A stretch of DNA of 63,956 nucleotides, filler included, from Octopus bimaculoides (taxonomy: Eukaryota), in NCBI RefSeq assembly GCF_001194135.2. It is 6 parts of 6 records of this genome, joined end to end, with 100 filler letters (N's around TTAATTAATTAA, not from the genome) between each part and the next. Parts side by side here need not be neighbours in the genome. Positions count along the whole stretch, not along the records: positions 27,255 to 41,758 come from NC_068990.1; positions 41,859 to 51,448 come from NC_068996.1; positions 51,549 to 59,761 come from NC_068988.1; 3 more parts are not named here. One strand, written 5' to 3'. Numbering within the stretch: position 1 is the first letter of the stretch; every line of letters begins with the position of its first letter. Shown here piece after piece: positions 38,765 through 52,870 of the stretch. The notes under the pieces are model-generated. The model saw only the letters and a program-made list of their open reading frames with translations. It was not told the origin of the DNA and made no database searches. Position numbers and translations under genes: made by a program.

Positions 38765-39617
38765 GCATGTATTATGTGCCTATCTATCTATCTCTTNNNN
38801 NNNNNNTCAAGGCTCCTTCATTGGAACTTTTATCAACATCATCTAGGTATTTGTGCATATGTGTGTGTGTGTGCAGTATTTGGTGTTAGTGTATGCGCAG
38901 ATTTGTATGTTTGTTTTATGGATGAGTTTTTATGTATATATTTTCATTCTAGATGCATGCCTATATATTTATGTGCTAAATTTTTGAAATGTTTTACATA
39001 TCTTTGTATATATGTATGCATGTATGTATGTATGTATGTATGTTTGTTTGTATGTATGTATGTATGTATGTATGTATGTGTATATCGTACGTACCGCTAT
39101 GTATGTAATACTTTGTTTGCTCTAATTAATTTATCATCATTATAGTCGAATGATTTCTTTCTCTGTGAAGTTTATGACTTCTGGCCTTGCTATGCTTATA
39201 ATTTAATATCATGTTATCAATATTTTACCCTAATTCCTATTCTTTTGTTCTACTCCTGTTTTGTTTTTGTTCTTATTTTTCTCATTTTTATATATCCTCG
39301 TCTCTCAATAGCCTTCATTTTCGTTTTTACTTTTTTCTCATGTTCACTCTATTTCGTCCTTTACCTCTACATATTTTTATTCATATATATTTTCTTCGAT
39401 TTCTCTAGGAATGTGTATACTATAATCGTTATCATTATTTATTACCTATGTAATTGTTTGTTCTTTGTTCGAATACGATTCTTTGGTTTACATAAGGGTA
39501 ATATTTTCAATCTGCTTTTATATTGTGAGATTTTTCATCTGAGAAACATGATGTGTGAAAGAGTATTGTAACATGTGAATGACTAGGAATATCAATAACC
39601 TATTTCTTGCGTTTGCT

Positions 39618-39717
<100 letters not shown>

Positions 39718-39729
39718 ATATATATATAA

Positions 39730-40125
39730 TACATATAAGAGGGATGACCACTAAGTGGACATCCATTATGCTAGAAGAAGACCACCTATGGTCTGACCAC
39801 TAAGAAAAGACTGTTCTCAAGAAAATTCAGCAAACGGCAGAACGTAGGCGAAGAAGACAAATGAAAAGATACAAAATATAAAGATTAATCACAAACCGGT
39901 TTTGTTGTTAACACTTACGTAATTACGTATGTAATTGTCCACAACTCTTCAGTGTGATCGTCAGAGCAATATAATTTGCAGAACTATACACGAGACGTCC
40001 GCATGAGATCGAACATGGCGTTTGCTGAATTTTCTTGAGAACAATCTTTTCTTAGTGGTAAGACCATAGGTGGTCTTCTTCTATCATGATGGATGTCCAC
40101 TTAGTGGTCATCCCTCTTATATGTA
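39730..40125. mobile_element. MITE/foldback with ~107-bp terminal inverted repeats in a TA tract
   Basis: 39730-39836 (tacatataagaggggatgaccactaagtggacatcc...cagcaaacg) is the near-exact reverse complement of 40019-40125. Confidence 0.85.
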
Positions 40126-41121
40126 TGTAATATAATTTTTCTGAATCTTCAGATTTTTCGGTATGCATGGCCACTGGTTTTAAATTGATATTAATTAAAT
40201 TAATACTCAATTTTTCACCCTTATTATTTACATTTNNNNNNNNNNNNNNNNNNNNNNNNNNNNNNNNNNNNNNNNNNNNNNNNNNNNNNNNNNNNNNNNN
40301 NNNNNNNNNNNNNNNNNNNNNNNNNNNNNNNNNNNNNNNNNNNNNNNNNNNNNNNNNNNNNNNNNNNNNNNNNNNNNNNNNNNNNNNNNNNNNNNNNNNN
40401 NNNNNNNNNNNNNNNNNNNNNNNNNNNNNNNNNNNNNNNNNNNNNNNNNNNNNNNNNNNNNNNNNNNNNNNNNNNNNNNNNNNNNNNNNNNNNNNNNNNN
40501 NNNNNNNNNNNNNNNNNNNNNNNNNNNNNNNNNNNNNNNNNNNNNNNNNNNNNNNNNNNNNNNNNNNNNNNNNNNNNNNNNNNNNNNNNNNNNNNNNNNN
40601 NNNNNNNNNNNNNNNNNNNNNNNNNNNNNNNNNNNNNNNNNNNNNNNNNNNNNNNNNNNNNNNNNNNNNNNNNNNNNNNNNNNNNNNNNNNNNNNNNNNN
40701 NNNNNNNNNNNNNNNNNNNNNNNNNNNNNNNNNNNNNNNNNNNNNNNNNNNNNNNNNNNNNNNNNNNNNNNNNNNNNNNNNNNNNNNNNNNNNNNNNNNN
40801 NNNNNNNNNNNNNNNNNNNNNNNNNNNNNNNNNNNNNNNNNNNNNNNNNNNNNNNNNNNNNNNNNNNNNNNNNNNNNNNNNNNNNNNNNNNNNNNNNNNN
40901 NNNNNNNNNNNNNNNNNNNNNNNNNNNNNNNNNNNNNNNNNNNNNNNNNNNNNNNNNNNNNNNNNNNNNNNNNNNNNNNNNNNNNNNNNNNNNNNNNNNN
41001 NNNNNNNNNNNNNNNNNNNNNNNNNNNNNNNNNNNNNNNNNNNNNNNNNNNNNNNNNNNNNNNNNNNNNNNNNNNNNNNNNNNNNNNNNNNNNNNNNNNN
41101 NNNNNNNNNNNNNNNNNNNNN

Positions 41122-41162
<41 letters not shown>

Positions 41163-41681
41163 AGCTTCCTCTCATAAGCTTTCTTCTAGGGCATAGCTTG
41201 TTCCTATATGATCACCTGTTTGGTATAATTTCAGATCACTATGTCTGAACACATTAAATTTGTACAAAACAGAGGTAAATCTATTTCAAAGCTCTACATG
41301 AACTATTTAAAAAGAATTAAAACGATTTCGGATATAAGAGTCTGGTGTATGAGATAAATATACAAGGGTGTAGGATAATACGTGTTACTTCATGCAAGAA
41401 AAAGATGTCGGAAATACCAGGACAATGCATAGTTTCAACAAGTTGTTATCCCGTTTCACGACTTGTTACCTTCAGCTAGTAAACTACAAGAGGTATTACA
41501 AAAGGTAGCCAGCCTTTCGTAGAGAAACTAACTAGCAGTTCTGGTATTATGACACTCAAGAGAACGAAATGTGCAGTATGAATCGGTCGTAAAAAAAAGC
41601 GTTGATTCTTCATATTTGCCCTTAGGAGCCTGATTTATAGTATCTAAAGTGGGCATATGTATGTATACATCATACATGCAT

Positions 41682-41714
<33 letters not shown>

Positions 41715-41758
41715 GCATATATACATATATACACATATACATATGTGTATGTATGTAT

Positions 41759-41858
41759 NNNNNNNNNNNNNNNNNNNNNNNNNNNNNNNNNNNNNNNNNN
41801 NNTTAATTAATTAANNNNNNNNNNNNNNNNNNNNNNNNNNNNNNNNNNNNNNNNNNNN
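41759..41858. other. Artificial scaffold spacer
   Basis: 44 N + TTAATTAATTAA (41803-41814) + 44 N. Confidence 0.95.
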
Positions 41859-41896
<38 letters not shown>

Positions 41897-43289
41897 CTGT
41901 GTGTTTGCGCGTGTGCGGAGAAACGTGCAGAATGCCTAAACTAGAATGTGTACTGAATTATAACCTAGACTTAATCCTCAAGCCTGAGTCACGATGCCGA
42001 TTATTCAAATGATTCGTGCTAAGAAGTGTAGCAATAAATATGCAAAAAAATCTACAAAAAGATTGATGGGTGATTAACCATTTGATTGGTTGCTGAAAAG
42101 CTGTTTTAAAAAGCGTTTATAATAAACCAAGTCAATTTCATTAGTGTTCGTGTTATTATTCTTTTAAGTTCCAAAAATATTTGGCGGATGAGGTGGTTCG
42201 ACGTTTACATATATGCACAATGCTAATGATTAACAGTTATAAAACTGATCGTCCATTATAGAACACGTGTCTACCTATATTGCTTCAGAAGGTATGATCT
42301 TTGTCTCTCTCATATGCTGTTACAGCCTTTTAGAGTTTGGAATAAAAATCGGAATTGGGAATTACATGCAGAAACCCGAAATTATTATATGTTGAGGAAC
42401 TTCCAACCACTAACAAACTAAAATTATATATTTTCGGGACTCCGAAAGATAATCATATGAGTTTTAAAATGACCCGCTGAATGGATCATTTTAAAAACGA
42501 GCCATTCATCTTCATTAAACTTTCATTAACAATAGCTGCCTCTCTGGTTTACTAGTTCTACTCGTATGATACTGTGGGAATATACCAGCATTGCGTGTTT
42601 CGACGTTGAATAGATAAATACATCACATTTTCTACGCAAGACAATTGAAACTTTGAATGTGTGAATTATTTTGCAACGTTCTTTGTGTTTTGTATTGATC
42701 TGTTTATTTTTTGCTGTTGTGTTTTTATTTGTCTTTTTTTTTTTTTTTGGCCAACAAGTCAATCTTCATAACTAATCTGTTTTGATGTACATATTTGCGA
42801 ATATTTTTCATTACATTTTGTCACGTTGCTTTTCTACTTCAGTCATTTGAATAATTAGCAGCGACAATCTTACTGTTAAATTTCAAAAAGTTCCATTTTG
42901 AAATTATATTAATCATATATATATACATACGTGTGTTTGCGTGTGTGCTTGTTGTGTGTAGGGTGTGCGCGTATTTTTTTTCTTTTTCCATATCAATTAA
43001 TATTCTGTTGATGGTTTCTTTCCATTTGTCGTCTTTTTACCATACTCAATATGAAACAGCCACCATGTAATTTTTCAACGTACCCCATCAGTCGCCATGT
43101 TACAATAAAAGAAAATCTTACTGTCTCTATAATTGTCAAGCTTTCTCACCAAAAACTTGCCACATAAATCGAAACACAGCAAAATTTAAATACATTTATT
43201 TGTTACTTTTTTTTATTCCTGTCTTTTCTATTTTAGATAATGTCGGGGGTTTGCCTTGTTTTTGTAATAGTAACAAAAATAAAATAAAA

Positions 43290-43352
<63 letters not shown>

Positions 43353-43414
43353 CAACAACAACAACAACAATATAACAACAATAGCAATAATAGTGCATTC
43401 TCTGACGATGATGC

Positions 43415-43481
<67 letters not shown>

Positions 43482-43490
43482 CATCATTAT
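43290..43490. repeat. (AAT)n/(AAC)n and (ATT)n microsatellites in opposite orientation
   Basis: Direct inspection. Confidence 0.9.
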
Positions 43491-43495
43491 TATGG

Positions 43496-43700
43496 CGGCG
43501 AGCCGGCAGATTCGTTAGCATGCCGGAGAAAATGCTTACCGGCATTTCGTCCGTCTTCACGTTCTGAGTTTAGATTCCGCCCAGGTTGACTTTGCCTTTC
43601 ATCCTTTCGGGGTCGATAAATTAAGTACCAGTTGTGTAATGGGGTCGATGTAATTGATTTAGCTCCTCCCCCAAACCTACTGGCCTTGCGCCAAAATTTA
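43496..43700 (+). mobile_element. SINE family C between (ATT)n tracts
   Basis: gagccggcagattcgttagcatgccgg.gaaaatgctta...gttctgagttt.gattccgcc...aagtaccagtt. Confidence 0.85.
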
Positions 43701-43721
43701 AAACTATTATTATTATTATTA

Positions 43722-43765
<44 letters not shown>

Positions 43766-44819
43766 TCTCATTCAACTTTTTTTTGTTTTGATATATAAAT
43801 CAGTGCTCTCAAAGCGAACAGTGATCTAATTTTCGAGAAATATAAAAATATTTAAAATATCAAAAAAAACATTAAAATGCAAACAAACCCACACACGAAA
43901 AAAAAAACAATTTTATTTGTATTACAATGTAAAAATCAAAAAGAAAAAGAAAAAACATATACAAAAAGCATGTAAAAAACTATAAACATGCATCAATTGC
44001 AACAATGACAAGACGAACAACAGTAAAAAGACTATCTCTTGATATTTCTTTATTAAAATAAATTTTTTAAAAAAAGTATTTCTTCAAAAAATTAAATTAC
44101 AGTGAACTGACTGGATTTTTTTTAAAAAAATAGATAATATAAAAATCACAATAATAATAATAAATAAAACATTGTTACATGTAAAGAAGAAGGTAATGTT
44201 ATATCTAGAAGAACATTCTAGATAACANNNNNNNNNNNNNNNNNNNNNNNNNNNNNNNNNNNNNNNNNNNNNNNNNNNNNNNNNNNNNNNNNNNNNNNNN
44301 NNNNNNNNNNNNNNNNNNNNNNNNNNNNNNNNNNNNNNNNNNNNNNNNNNNNNNNNNNNNNNNNNNNNNNNNNNNNNNNNNNNNNNNNNNNNNNNNNNNN
44401 NNNNNNNNNNNNNNNNNNNNNNNNNNNNNNNNNNNNNNNNNNNNNNNNNNNNNNNNNNNNNNNNNNNNATTTGTATTCAAAACTTCGACTTCTTCCATAT
44501 TTTGCGTTTGTTCTTTCTTGCTTCCTTCTTTGCTTTACATTGTTTCTTGCCGCCTTTCTGCTTCCATAGTTTTTGCGCTAAGCGCCCTTTTGCTAGTTTT
44601 ATCTACCTTGTCGTCGTCGTCGTCGTCGTCCTTGTCGTAGACCTGCGTTTTAACATAACTGGGTATTTTTGGTTGTTGGAGCCATTCTTGTAAATTCAAC
44701 AATCAAACAGATCCAATAATTTGTGATTCGGTGATTAAGCAAAACTCGAAGATATAAATGGCGTCCTTACCATTATGCTTCGTTCCCCAAATGTGTGGTC
44801 TGTGCGTATTTACGTGTGC

Positions 44820-44902
44820 GTGAGTGTGTGGGAGTGTGTGTGCATGCATGTGTCTTTATTTCTGTGTATGCACCTATATATGTGTATATGTGTGTTTATG
44901 TA

Positions 44903-44934
<32 letters not shown>

Positions 44935-45064
44935 CATATATGTGTGTATGTGTGAGTGTGTGTATGCGTGAGTGTGTGTACAGGTGTACTTGTGTGTGTG
45001 TGCATGCATGTATCTTTATTTCTGTGTATGTGCCTATATATGTGTATATGTGTGTTTATGTATT

Positions 45065-45097
<33 letters not shown>

Positions 45098-46746
45098 AAG
45101 TGCATATATGTGTGTATATGTGTGTATGCATATATCTATGTACGTATGCGTGTGTGTGCATATCTGTATGCATGCACAGATGCATGCGTGTGTATGTGCC
45201 TACGTATGTGTATATGTGCATGTATGTGTGTATGCATGTGTGTATGTGTATGTATATGTGTGACCGTGTGTGCTAGTGTGTGTATATGCATGCATGTGCG
45301 TCTATGTATGTGTATATGGGTGTATGTATATGCGTATGAGTATATGTGTGACTGTGTGTATGTAACTATGTATGTCTGCATGNNNNNNNNNNNNNNNNNN
45401 NNNNNNNNNNNNNNNNNNNNNNNNNNNNNNNNNNNNNNNNNNNNNNNNNNNNNNNNNNNNNNNNNNNNNNNNNNNNNNNNNNNNNNNNNNNNNNNNNNNN
45501 NNNNNNNNNNNNNNNNNNNNNNNNNNNNNNNNNNNNNNNNNNNNNNNNNNNNNNNNNNNNNNNNNNNNNNNNNNNNNNNNNNNNNNNNNNNNNNNNNNNN
45601 NNNNNNNNNNNNNNNNNNNNNNNNNNNNNNNNNNNNNNNNNNNNNNNNNNNNNNNNNNNNNNNNNNNNNNNNNNNNNNNNNNNNNNNNNNNNNNNNNNNN
45701 NNNNNNNNNNNNNNNNNNNNNNNNNNNNNNNNNNNNNNNNNNNNNNNNNNNNNNNNNNNNNNNNNNNGCATGTGTGAGTGTGTGTTATCTGTATACGCGT
45801 GTTTTATATGTGTGTATGCATGTGTGAGTGTGTGTTATCTGTATACGCGTGTTTTATATGTGTGTATGCATGTGTGTGTGTGTGTGTGTGTGTATGCGTG
45901 TATATTTATGTGTATGTGTATATGTGTATGTGATATGTGTTAGAGTATCGAATCGGCTAAATCTGTAATCCTGTGTCGGGTAAGTGAACGGGGTATGAAA
46001 CATCATAAAAACCAACAGGAAACAGAAAATAACAGAATGAAATCCAGAGTTGAATATATTATTCTTCAATTCCGTGTCTGTAAGTGTCTGCCTGTTTGTG
46101 TGTGTGTGTGTATGTGTGTGTGTATTTGTGTCTGTGTGTTTGTGTGAGTGAGTTGTGTGTGTGTGTGAGCGAGTGAGTTGTGTGTGTGAGTGAATGGGTT
46201 GTGTGGTGTGTGTTTGTGTGTGTATATATGTGTGTGTGAGAGAGAGAGAGAGTGCATGTGTGAGTGTTTGTGTGCCTGTATGTTTCTGAGTATGTGCATA
46301 TGTGACTGTCTGTGTGTGTCTGTGTGTCTGTGCTTGTGTATGTGTGAGAGTGTGTGAGAGAGAGAGAGAGTGTGAGAGAGAGAGAGAGTGTGTGTGTGAG
46401 AGAGAGAGAGAGTGTGTGTGAGAGAGAGTGTGTGTGTGAGAGAGAGAGAGAGTGTGTGTGAGAGAGAGAGAGAGAGAGAGTGAGAGAGAGAGAGAGAGAG
46501 AGTGTGTGTGTGTGAGANNNNNNNNNNNNNNNNNNNNNNNNNNNNNNNNNNNNNNNNNNNNNNNNNNNNNNNNNNNNNNNNNNNNNNNNNNNNNNNNNNN
46601 NNNNNNNNNNNNNNNNNNNNNNNNNNNNNNNNNNNNNNNNNNNNNNNNNNNNNNNNNNNNNNNNNNNNNNNNNNNNNNNNNNNNNNNNNNNNNNNNNNNN
46701 NNNNNNNNNNNNNNNNNNNNNNNNNNNNNNNNNNNNNNNNNNNNNN

Positions 46747-46780
<34 letters not shown>

Positions 46781-46800
46781 TGTGTACGTGTGTGTGCGCG
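44820..46800. repeat. Degenerate (GT/AT/GA)n simple-repeat field with gaps
   Basis: Direct inspection; explains the many CV/HT/YI-rich ORFs in the track. Confidence 0.9.
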
Positions 46801-47214
46801 GGCTGCTTGTTTGGGTGTTCGTATCTGCTGAACTTATAGTGGTGCAAAACACCTGCGGATTATTCAGATGTGTGAATCAGATTCTAAACATAAAAATACA
46901 AATCTGAATAAAAAAGTATCACAAAATAACAGAAAGCGAACCATGGTTTTTCGAATACCTTTATCACTTATTCCGTGATTTTTGTTGTTTGTTCGTTGTT
47001 TTTTAATGTCTTTTTTTTTTTGTGTTTGTGTGTGTATTTATAGATGGAAATAATGTTTACATTAAAATCATAATGGTTAAAAACATACTGTGAATACGTG
47101 TTAGATTAATATTTTTAAGTAACGCGAGCGATAAACAACTTGCCCTTGTAGTTGCATAGAGTAACATCATGGACGCAGTTTTTGGAAGAACTACATAGCA
47201 AAAATATAGACACG

Positions 47215-47560
47215 GGCGTGACTATGTGGTAAGATGCTTGCTTCCCAATCAGCTGGTTCTCGGTTCAGTCCACGGTGTGACACTTTGAGATAGCATCTTC
47301 TACTCTAGCCTTGGGGCCTAACAAAGCATTGTGAGTGAATTTGGTTGACGAAAACCTATTTCAGTCATTTCACTACGGCAATGCTGGGGCATCGCGTTGA
47401 AAGGTTTTCCTCAAATAAATCGACACTAGAACTTATATTTTTTTAAAGTTTAGTACTTATTCTATCGGCCTCTTTTGCCGGACAGCTAAATTACAGGGAC
47501 ATCAGCACACCAGCACCAGTTGTCAAGCGGTGGTGGAGAACAAACACAGACACAAAGATG
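47215..47560. mobile_element. SINE family A head (+) joined to a reversed family A tail (-)
   Basis: gtgactatgtggtaagatgcttgc...ggttcagtcc, then tttcagtcatt...gtacttattctatcggcctcttttgccg. Confidence 0.7.
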
Positions 47561-48341
47561 TACAGACAGACATGTATATATATNNNNNNNNNNNNNNNNN
47601 NNNNNNNNNNNNNNNNNNNNNNNNNNNNNNNNNNNNNNNNNNNNNNNNNNNNNNNNNNNNNNNNNNNNNNNNNNNNNNNNNNNNNNNNNNNNNNNNNNNN
47701 NNNNNNNNNNNNNNNNNNNNNNNNNNNNNNNNNNNNNNNNNNNNNNNNNNNNNNNNNNNNNNNNNNNNNNNNNNNNNNNNNNNNNNNNNNNNNNNNNNNN
47801 NNNNNNNNNNNNNNNNNNNNNNNNNNNNNNNNNNNNNNNNNNNNNNNNNNNNNNNNNNNNNNNNNNNNNNNNNNNNNNNNNNNNNNNNNNNNNNNNNNNN
47901 NNNNNNNNNNNNNNNNNNNNNNNNNNNNNNNNNNNNNNNNNNNNNNNNNNNNNNNNNNNNNNNNNNNNNNNNNNNNNNNNNNNNNNNNNNNNNNNNNNNN
48001 NNNNNNNNNNNNNNNNNNNNNNNNNNNNNNNNNNNNNNNNNNNNNNNNNNNNNNNNNNNNNNNNNNNNNNNNNNNNNNNNNNNNNNNNNNNNNNNNNNNN
48101 NNNNNNNNNNNNNNNNNNNNNNNNNNNNNNNNNNNNNNNNNNNNNNNNNNNNNNNNNNNNNNNNNNNNNNNNNNNNNNNNNNNNNNNNNNNNNNNNNNNN
48201 NNNNNNNNNNNNNNNNNNNNNNNNNNNNNNNNNNNNNNNNNNNNNNNNNNNNNNNNNNNNNNNNNNNNNNNNNNNNNNNNNNNNNNNNNNNNNNNNNNNN
48301 NNNNNNNNNNNNNNNNNNNNNNNNNNNNNNNNNNNNNNNNN

Positions 48342-48403
<62 letters not shown>

Positions 48404-49499
48404 AACTAGAAAGATTGATATTAACAATCACCGGAGAGGTATGCGTAGAGAGGAAGGGAATTCCATAGGGGAATGTGGAAGGACTGGGTGGAGCGTGGGT
48501 GTGCCTGACTGGAGGCGACATGTGATCATGAAGGTTCAAGTAGCAAGCCGAAACAGTAGCGGTACAAAAGACAGAAGGAGCCCACACACGGGTAACCAAA
48601 GACTGGAACTTGTCTGCGAGTGGTTTCACACCAATCTGCAGGGTGCGGGTCTCCTTTCACTAGATGTGCGATAGGCGCAATCACATGGTTTCGGGTTCAG
48701 TCCCACGGCGTGGTACCTTGGGTAAGTGTCTTCTATCATAGCCTTGTGAGTGAATTTGGTAGACGGAAACTGAAAGAAGCCCGTCGTATATATACTTACA
48801 TACACCCACCCACACACACACACAAACACACACACACATATATATATATATATANNNNNNNNNNNNNNNNNNNNNNNNNNNNNNNNNNNNNNNNNNNNNN
48901 NNNNNNNNNNNNNNNNNNNNNNNNNNNNNNNNNNNNNNNNNNNNNNNNNNNNNNNNNNNNNNNNNNNNNNNNNNNNNNNNNNNNNNNNNNNNNNNNNNNN
49001 NNNNNNNNNNNNNNNNNNNNNNNNNNNNNNNNNNNNNNNNNNNNNNNNNNNNNNNNNNNNNNNNNNNNNNNNNNNNNNNNNNNNNNNNNNNNNNNNNNNN
49101 NNNNNNNNNNNNNNNNNNNNNNNNNNNNNNNNNNNNNNNNNNNNNNNNNNNNNNNNNNNNNNNNNNNNNNNNNNNNNNNNNNNNNNNNNNNNNNNNNNNN
49201 NNNNNNNNNNNNNNNNNNNNNNNNNNNNNNNNNNNNNNNNNNNNNNNNNNNNNNNNNNNNNNNNNNNNNNNNNNNNNNNNNNNNNNNNNNNNNNNNNNNN
49301 NNNNNNNNNNNNNNNNNNNNNNNNNNNNNNNNNNNNNNNNNNNNNNNNNNNNNNNNNNNNNNNNNNNNNNNNNNNNNNNNNNNNNNNNNNNNNNNNNNNN
49401 NNNNNNNNNNNNNNNNNNNNNNNNNNNNNNNNNNNNNNNNNNNNNNNNNNNNNNNNNNNNNNNNNNNNNNNNNNNNNNNNNNNNNNNNNNNNNNNNNNA

Positions 49500-50820
49500 G
49501 TGTGCTTAAGGAATCCTAGCGGATATGCAGATATTTAAGCACTCAGTATAAAAGAATAATGTTCAATTTCCAACAAGTAGGTACCAGTAAATGCATATAA
49601 AATACAAATCCCAGGCAAACCCTCGTGTACAGCAGGTAAATCCAACAATCCTTATGCAGAATTTTAAGAAATTCAGAGTATTAACAGCAATCAATAATAT
49701 GCACGAAGAAAATCATATCTTTATTTAAGATGACACCTTGTATTAATATTAATTCTACTACTAATAATAATAATAATAATAATAATACAACCTTAACACC
49801 TATTTTACAGGTGGGTACTAGTAGAAATTCTTATAACTATGAGGGTAATTTACAAGCGAACAAATCCATGTGTAATTGTATAAATAAAACTTGGTGCCCT
49901 GCAGGATATCGGTGTTTCAAGAAGAATGTAGTATATCAGTGTGACGTAATAACTAAACATTGTAAATATTGGTATATTGGCTCTTCTGCTACTCGTTGAA
50001 AATCTAGGTTTTATAATCATTCTTATTCCTTTGGATATAGAAGAAAATGTAATTCTACTAATCTTAGTAAATGCGTTTGGAAGGATAAGAATATTAAATA
50101 TGATTTAAAGTGGTCCATTATTATGCACCATCGTATGATATTGGTAATTCTATTCGTGATCTTTGCCTCGAAGAATTATATTCTATAATTACTTCTAAAT
50201 AAATCTCATTGATCTTTAATGGACACTTAAATTTAAGATGTTGCTATAAATTTAAAAAGACTTTCAAATATTTCAATTATTAATTACAATGATCTTTTAA
50301 TTAATTGTTTATTTTATAATAAGGTTAATTTCGATTAAAATGCTTAATATACTGAGTAAGTAATTAATTATAGCTTCGATTAAGCCTAAGTTGGAATTCA
50401 TATCTATAATCTTTATTCTGTAATTATACACCAAGATCATCAAGACTTGTATATATTAGTAATTATAGTAAATCTTCTATTATTATATGATAATCTTAAT
50501 TCATATTAAAGGGTACAATAAAAAAATAAATAGGTATTTAATTATCTTATCCGTTATCTTTATTCTTTAGTTATTTAACATAGTCATCAATAATTGTAAA
50601 TATCATCATTAATTATGACTTTCCAATTATTATATAATAAGGTTAATTACTATGTAACACTTTATTATAAAGAATAAATAGATATTTCATTATCTTTTCT
50701 GTAGTTTGTATTTTTTAATTATCCACGGAGATCCCCGATGGTTGCATCATGTTGTTGAATATAATAATTCTTCGGTTATTATAAAATAAGGTTAATTCGT
50801 ATAGAAGGGTTTATTATATT
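49500..50820 (+). mobile_element. Decayed Penelope-like element with a CxC-type GIY-YIG endonuclease
   Basis: 49880-50200 translates as CNCINKTWCPAGYRCFKKNVVYQC.V...YWYIGSSATR*KSRFYNHSYSF...NSTNLSKCVW...IKY.LKWSII...DLCLEE, followed by an AT-rich 3' region. Confidence 0.75.
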
Positions 50821-50840
50821 AAATGAATGAATAAATAAAT

Positions 50841-51134
50841 ATCAAAATAAGCAACAAGGATATGCAGAGGTAATGCAGTATGATCGTTTCAAGCAACTCC
50901 ATTTAATTGAACAATGCAATCATTCTAAGGTGAAGTGAAGACAGCATGTTCTTTGTCTATCTCCTTACCTTACTAATGTGTCCATCTGTTTTAATTTAAT
51001 TAAATTCTCTCTTTATGCAGTTGAGGATTGCTCTGCATTTAAATTGATGTAATGATTGTATTGTTCAATTAAATGGAGTTGCTTGAAACGATCGTAGTGC
51101 ATTACCTCTGGATATCCTTGTTGCTTATTTTGAT
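50841..51134. mobile_element. MITE-like element with ~84-bp terminal inverted repeats
   Basis: 50841-50924 (atcaaaataagcaacaaggatat.cagaggtaatgca...aatcatt) is the reverse complement of 51051-51134. Confidence 0.8.
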
Positions 51135-51448
51135 TTGTCCCCTTATTTTGAAATTGTATGGATAATACCGTACTAAATTCTGGTGCCTCAACTTAAGTAC
51201 CATATTCATCTGAATCTAAATTTTTCTAAATAAATAGATAAATAGGTAATCAATTATTGCGACGTAAAATATACAAGTTTCTATTAAGCATCAGCGTAGA
51301 ATCTGTCGTTTTTATTTTTTATTTATCTTTTAAACTTAACAGAATGTTTGTCTGCAGTTTTCGTTCTCTAGCTATTCAGCGCCGTCATCAATTATAAATA
51401 TACTCGTTTTCTATGTTAGGTTTTTTTTTATTTCTTTATTATTTTATT

Positions 51449-51548
51449 NNNNNNNNNNNNNNNNNNNNNNNNNNNNNNNNNNNNNNNNNNNNTTAATTAA
51501 TTAANNNNNNNNNNNNNNNNNNNNNNNNNNNNNNNNNNNNNNNNNNNN
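51449..51548. other. Artificial scaffold spacer
   Basis: 44 N + TTAATTAATTAA (51493-51504) + 44 N. Confidence 0.95.
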
Positions 51549-51637
51549 ATAATAATAATAATAATATATATATATATATGTATATATATACATACACACA
51601 CATACATAAATGTATCTATATTTACTTATCTGCCTAC

Positions 51638-51687
<50 letters not shown>

Positions 51688-52499
51688 GTCTGCCTGTCTG
51701 TCTGTTTGTCTGTATCTCTGTTTTTCTATATATACACACACTTACACACACATATACATATACATACACACGTACGTACACACACATACACACACACACG
51801 TACACACTCAAACACATATGTACACATATGTACATAAACATACACGTACGCGTAACTATGTGTGCGTATGCAGACGGATACATCAATAGGATCGATAGGT
51901 AGAGGCATTCATTGTCACTCAATGAGGAGACAGATAATCAAACTAACAAACTAACAGAACACACGCACGCGCATGCGCGCACGCACACACATTTATATAT
52001 GCATTCACTGTTTCTTTGGATTTTCTTTTCTGTGTATATTGACGTAGATATGTGTGTTTGGACAGACACATAATTATTAATTAAACCGCGAATCCTCTTC
52101 AATATATCTTGAGGAGACTGTCTGTTTACATGGTAACTGGTCTATGTTTCTTGCATTAATATACTGAATTCAATTTTGCAACGCATGCGCACGCGCGCGT
52201 ACACGCACACACACACACACACACACATACAATACCTACAAACATATATACTTACGTGTACACGCTCGTACATACATAGATTTACGTAAATAGGCATGTC
52301 CATGTATATACGAATTCTAGAATGTATGCAAGCCGGATTCGACCTCCGTCATTGTTGTATGTAACGGAAAGACTCTTTACCAGCAAGAGTAAACAGCGAC
52401 AACGACAACAACAACAACAACAACAACAACAAAAGCAACTCCAGTAACAAGAACTACACGAAACACTTTCTACGCCGTCAAAATGCAAAATGAACCACG

Positions 52500-52870
52500 G
52501 TACAAAGTCAGAGTATAACGTTCGAGAAGAAAAGGAAAATATACTGACGTTTCGGACAATTTGTCCTTTATCAAAATAGCTTAAAGAAGAAGCGGGAAAG
52601 TATACAGAGAAAATAATGTGGGTATATATAGAGGTAATCTGATAAACAATGTTGAAACGGAAATGGTTGAGGAGAGCGGTTTCCAGTAGAAGACAGTATG
52701 GCTCTAAAATCGAGAAGTAAAATTAGAAAAAACTTGGTAATAAAGAGAACTAATGACATTATTGCCGGACTAAAGAAGGATGAAAATCGTAGGTGTGTGA
52801 GAAGTAGTCTGAGATCTGCCGCATGACTCTTTCAAATTTTGCTAAGGAAGAAATATAGTCAGTATATGCA
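52500..52870 (-). mobile_element. Probable Penelope-like 3' end with a degenerate hammerhead (52542-52578)
   Basis: Minus strand TATT | TTGATAA | A | GGACA-aat-TGTCC | GAAAC-GTC | AGTA. Upstream peptide LAKFERVMRQI...HPSLVRQ* is weakly like a GIY-YIG C-terminus. Confidence 0.5.

Noticed and set aside
38490-39077. ~270-bp direct duplication
   Set aside because: Near-identical copies on either side of a 10-N gap; typical unmerged contig or allele overlap.
48420-48660. Minus-strand reading MKPLADKF...PPSPSTFPYG as a gene fragment
   Set aside because: No clear motif, and flanked by SINEs and gaps; probably a transposon remnant.
49500-51100. Mitochondrial insertion (NUMT), suggested by very high AT content
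   Set aside because: Translation shows a Penelope-like GIY-YIG, not mitochondrial genes.
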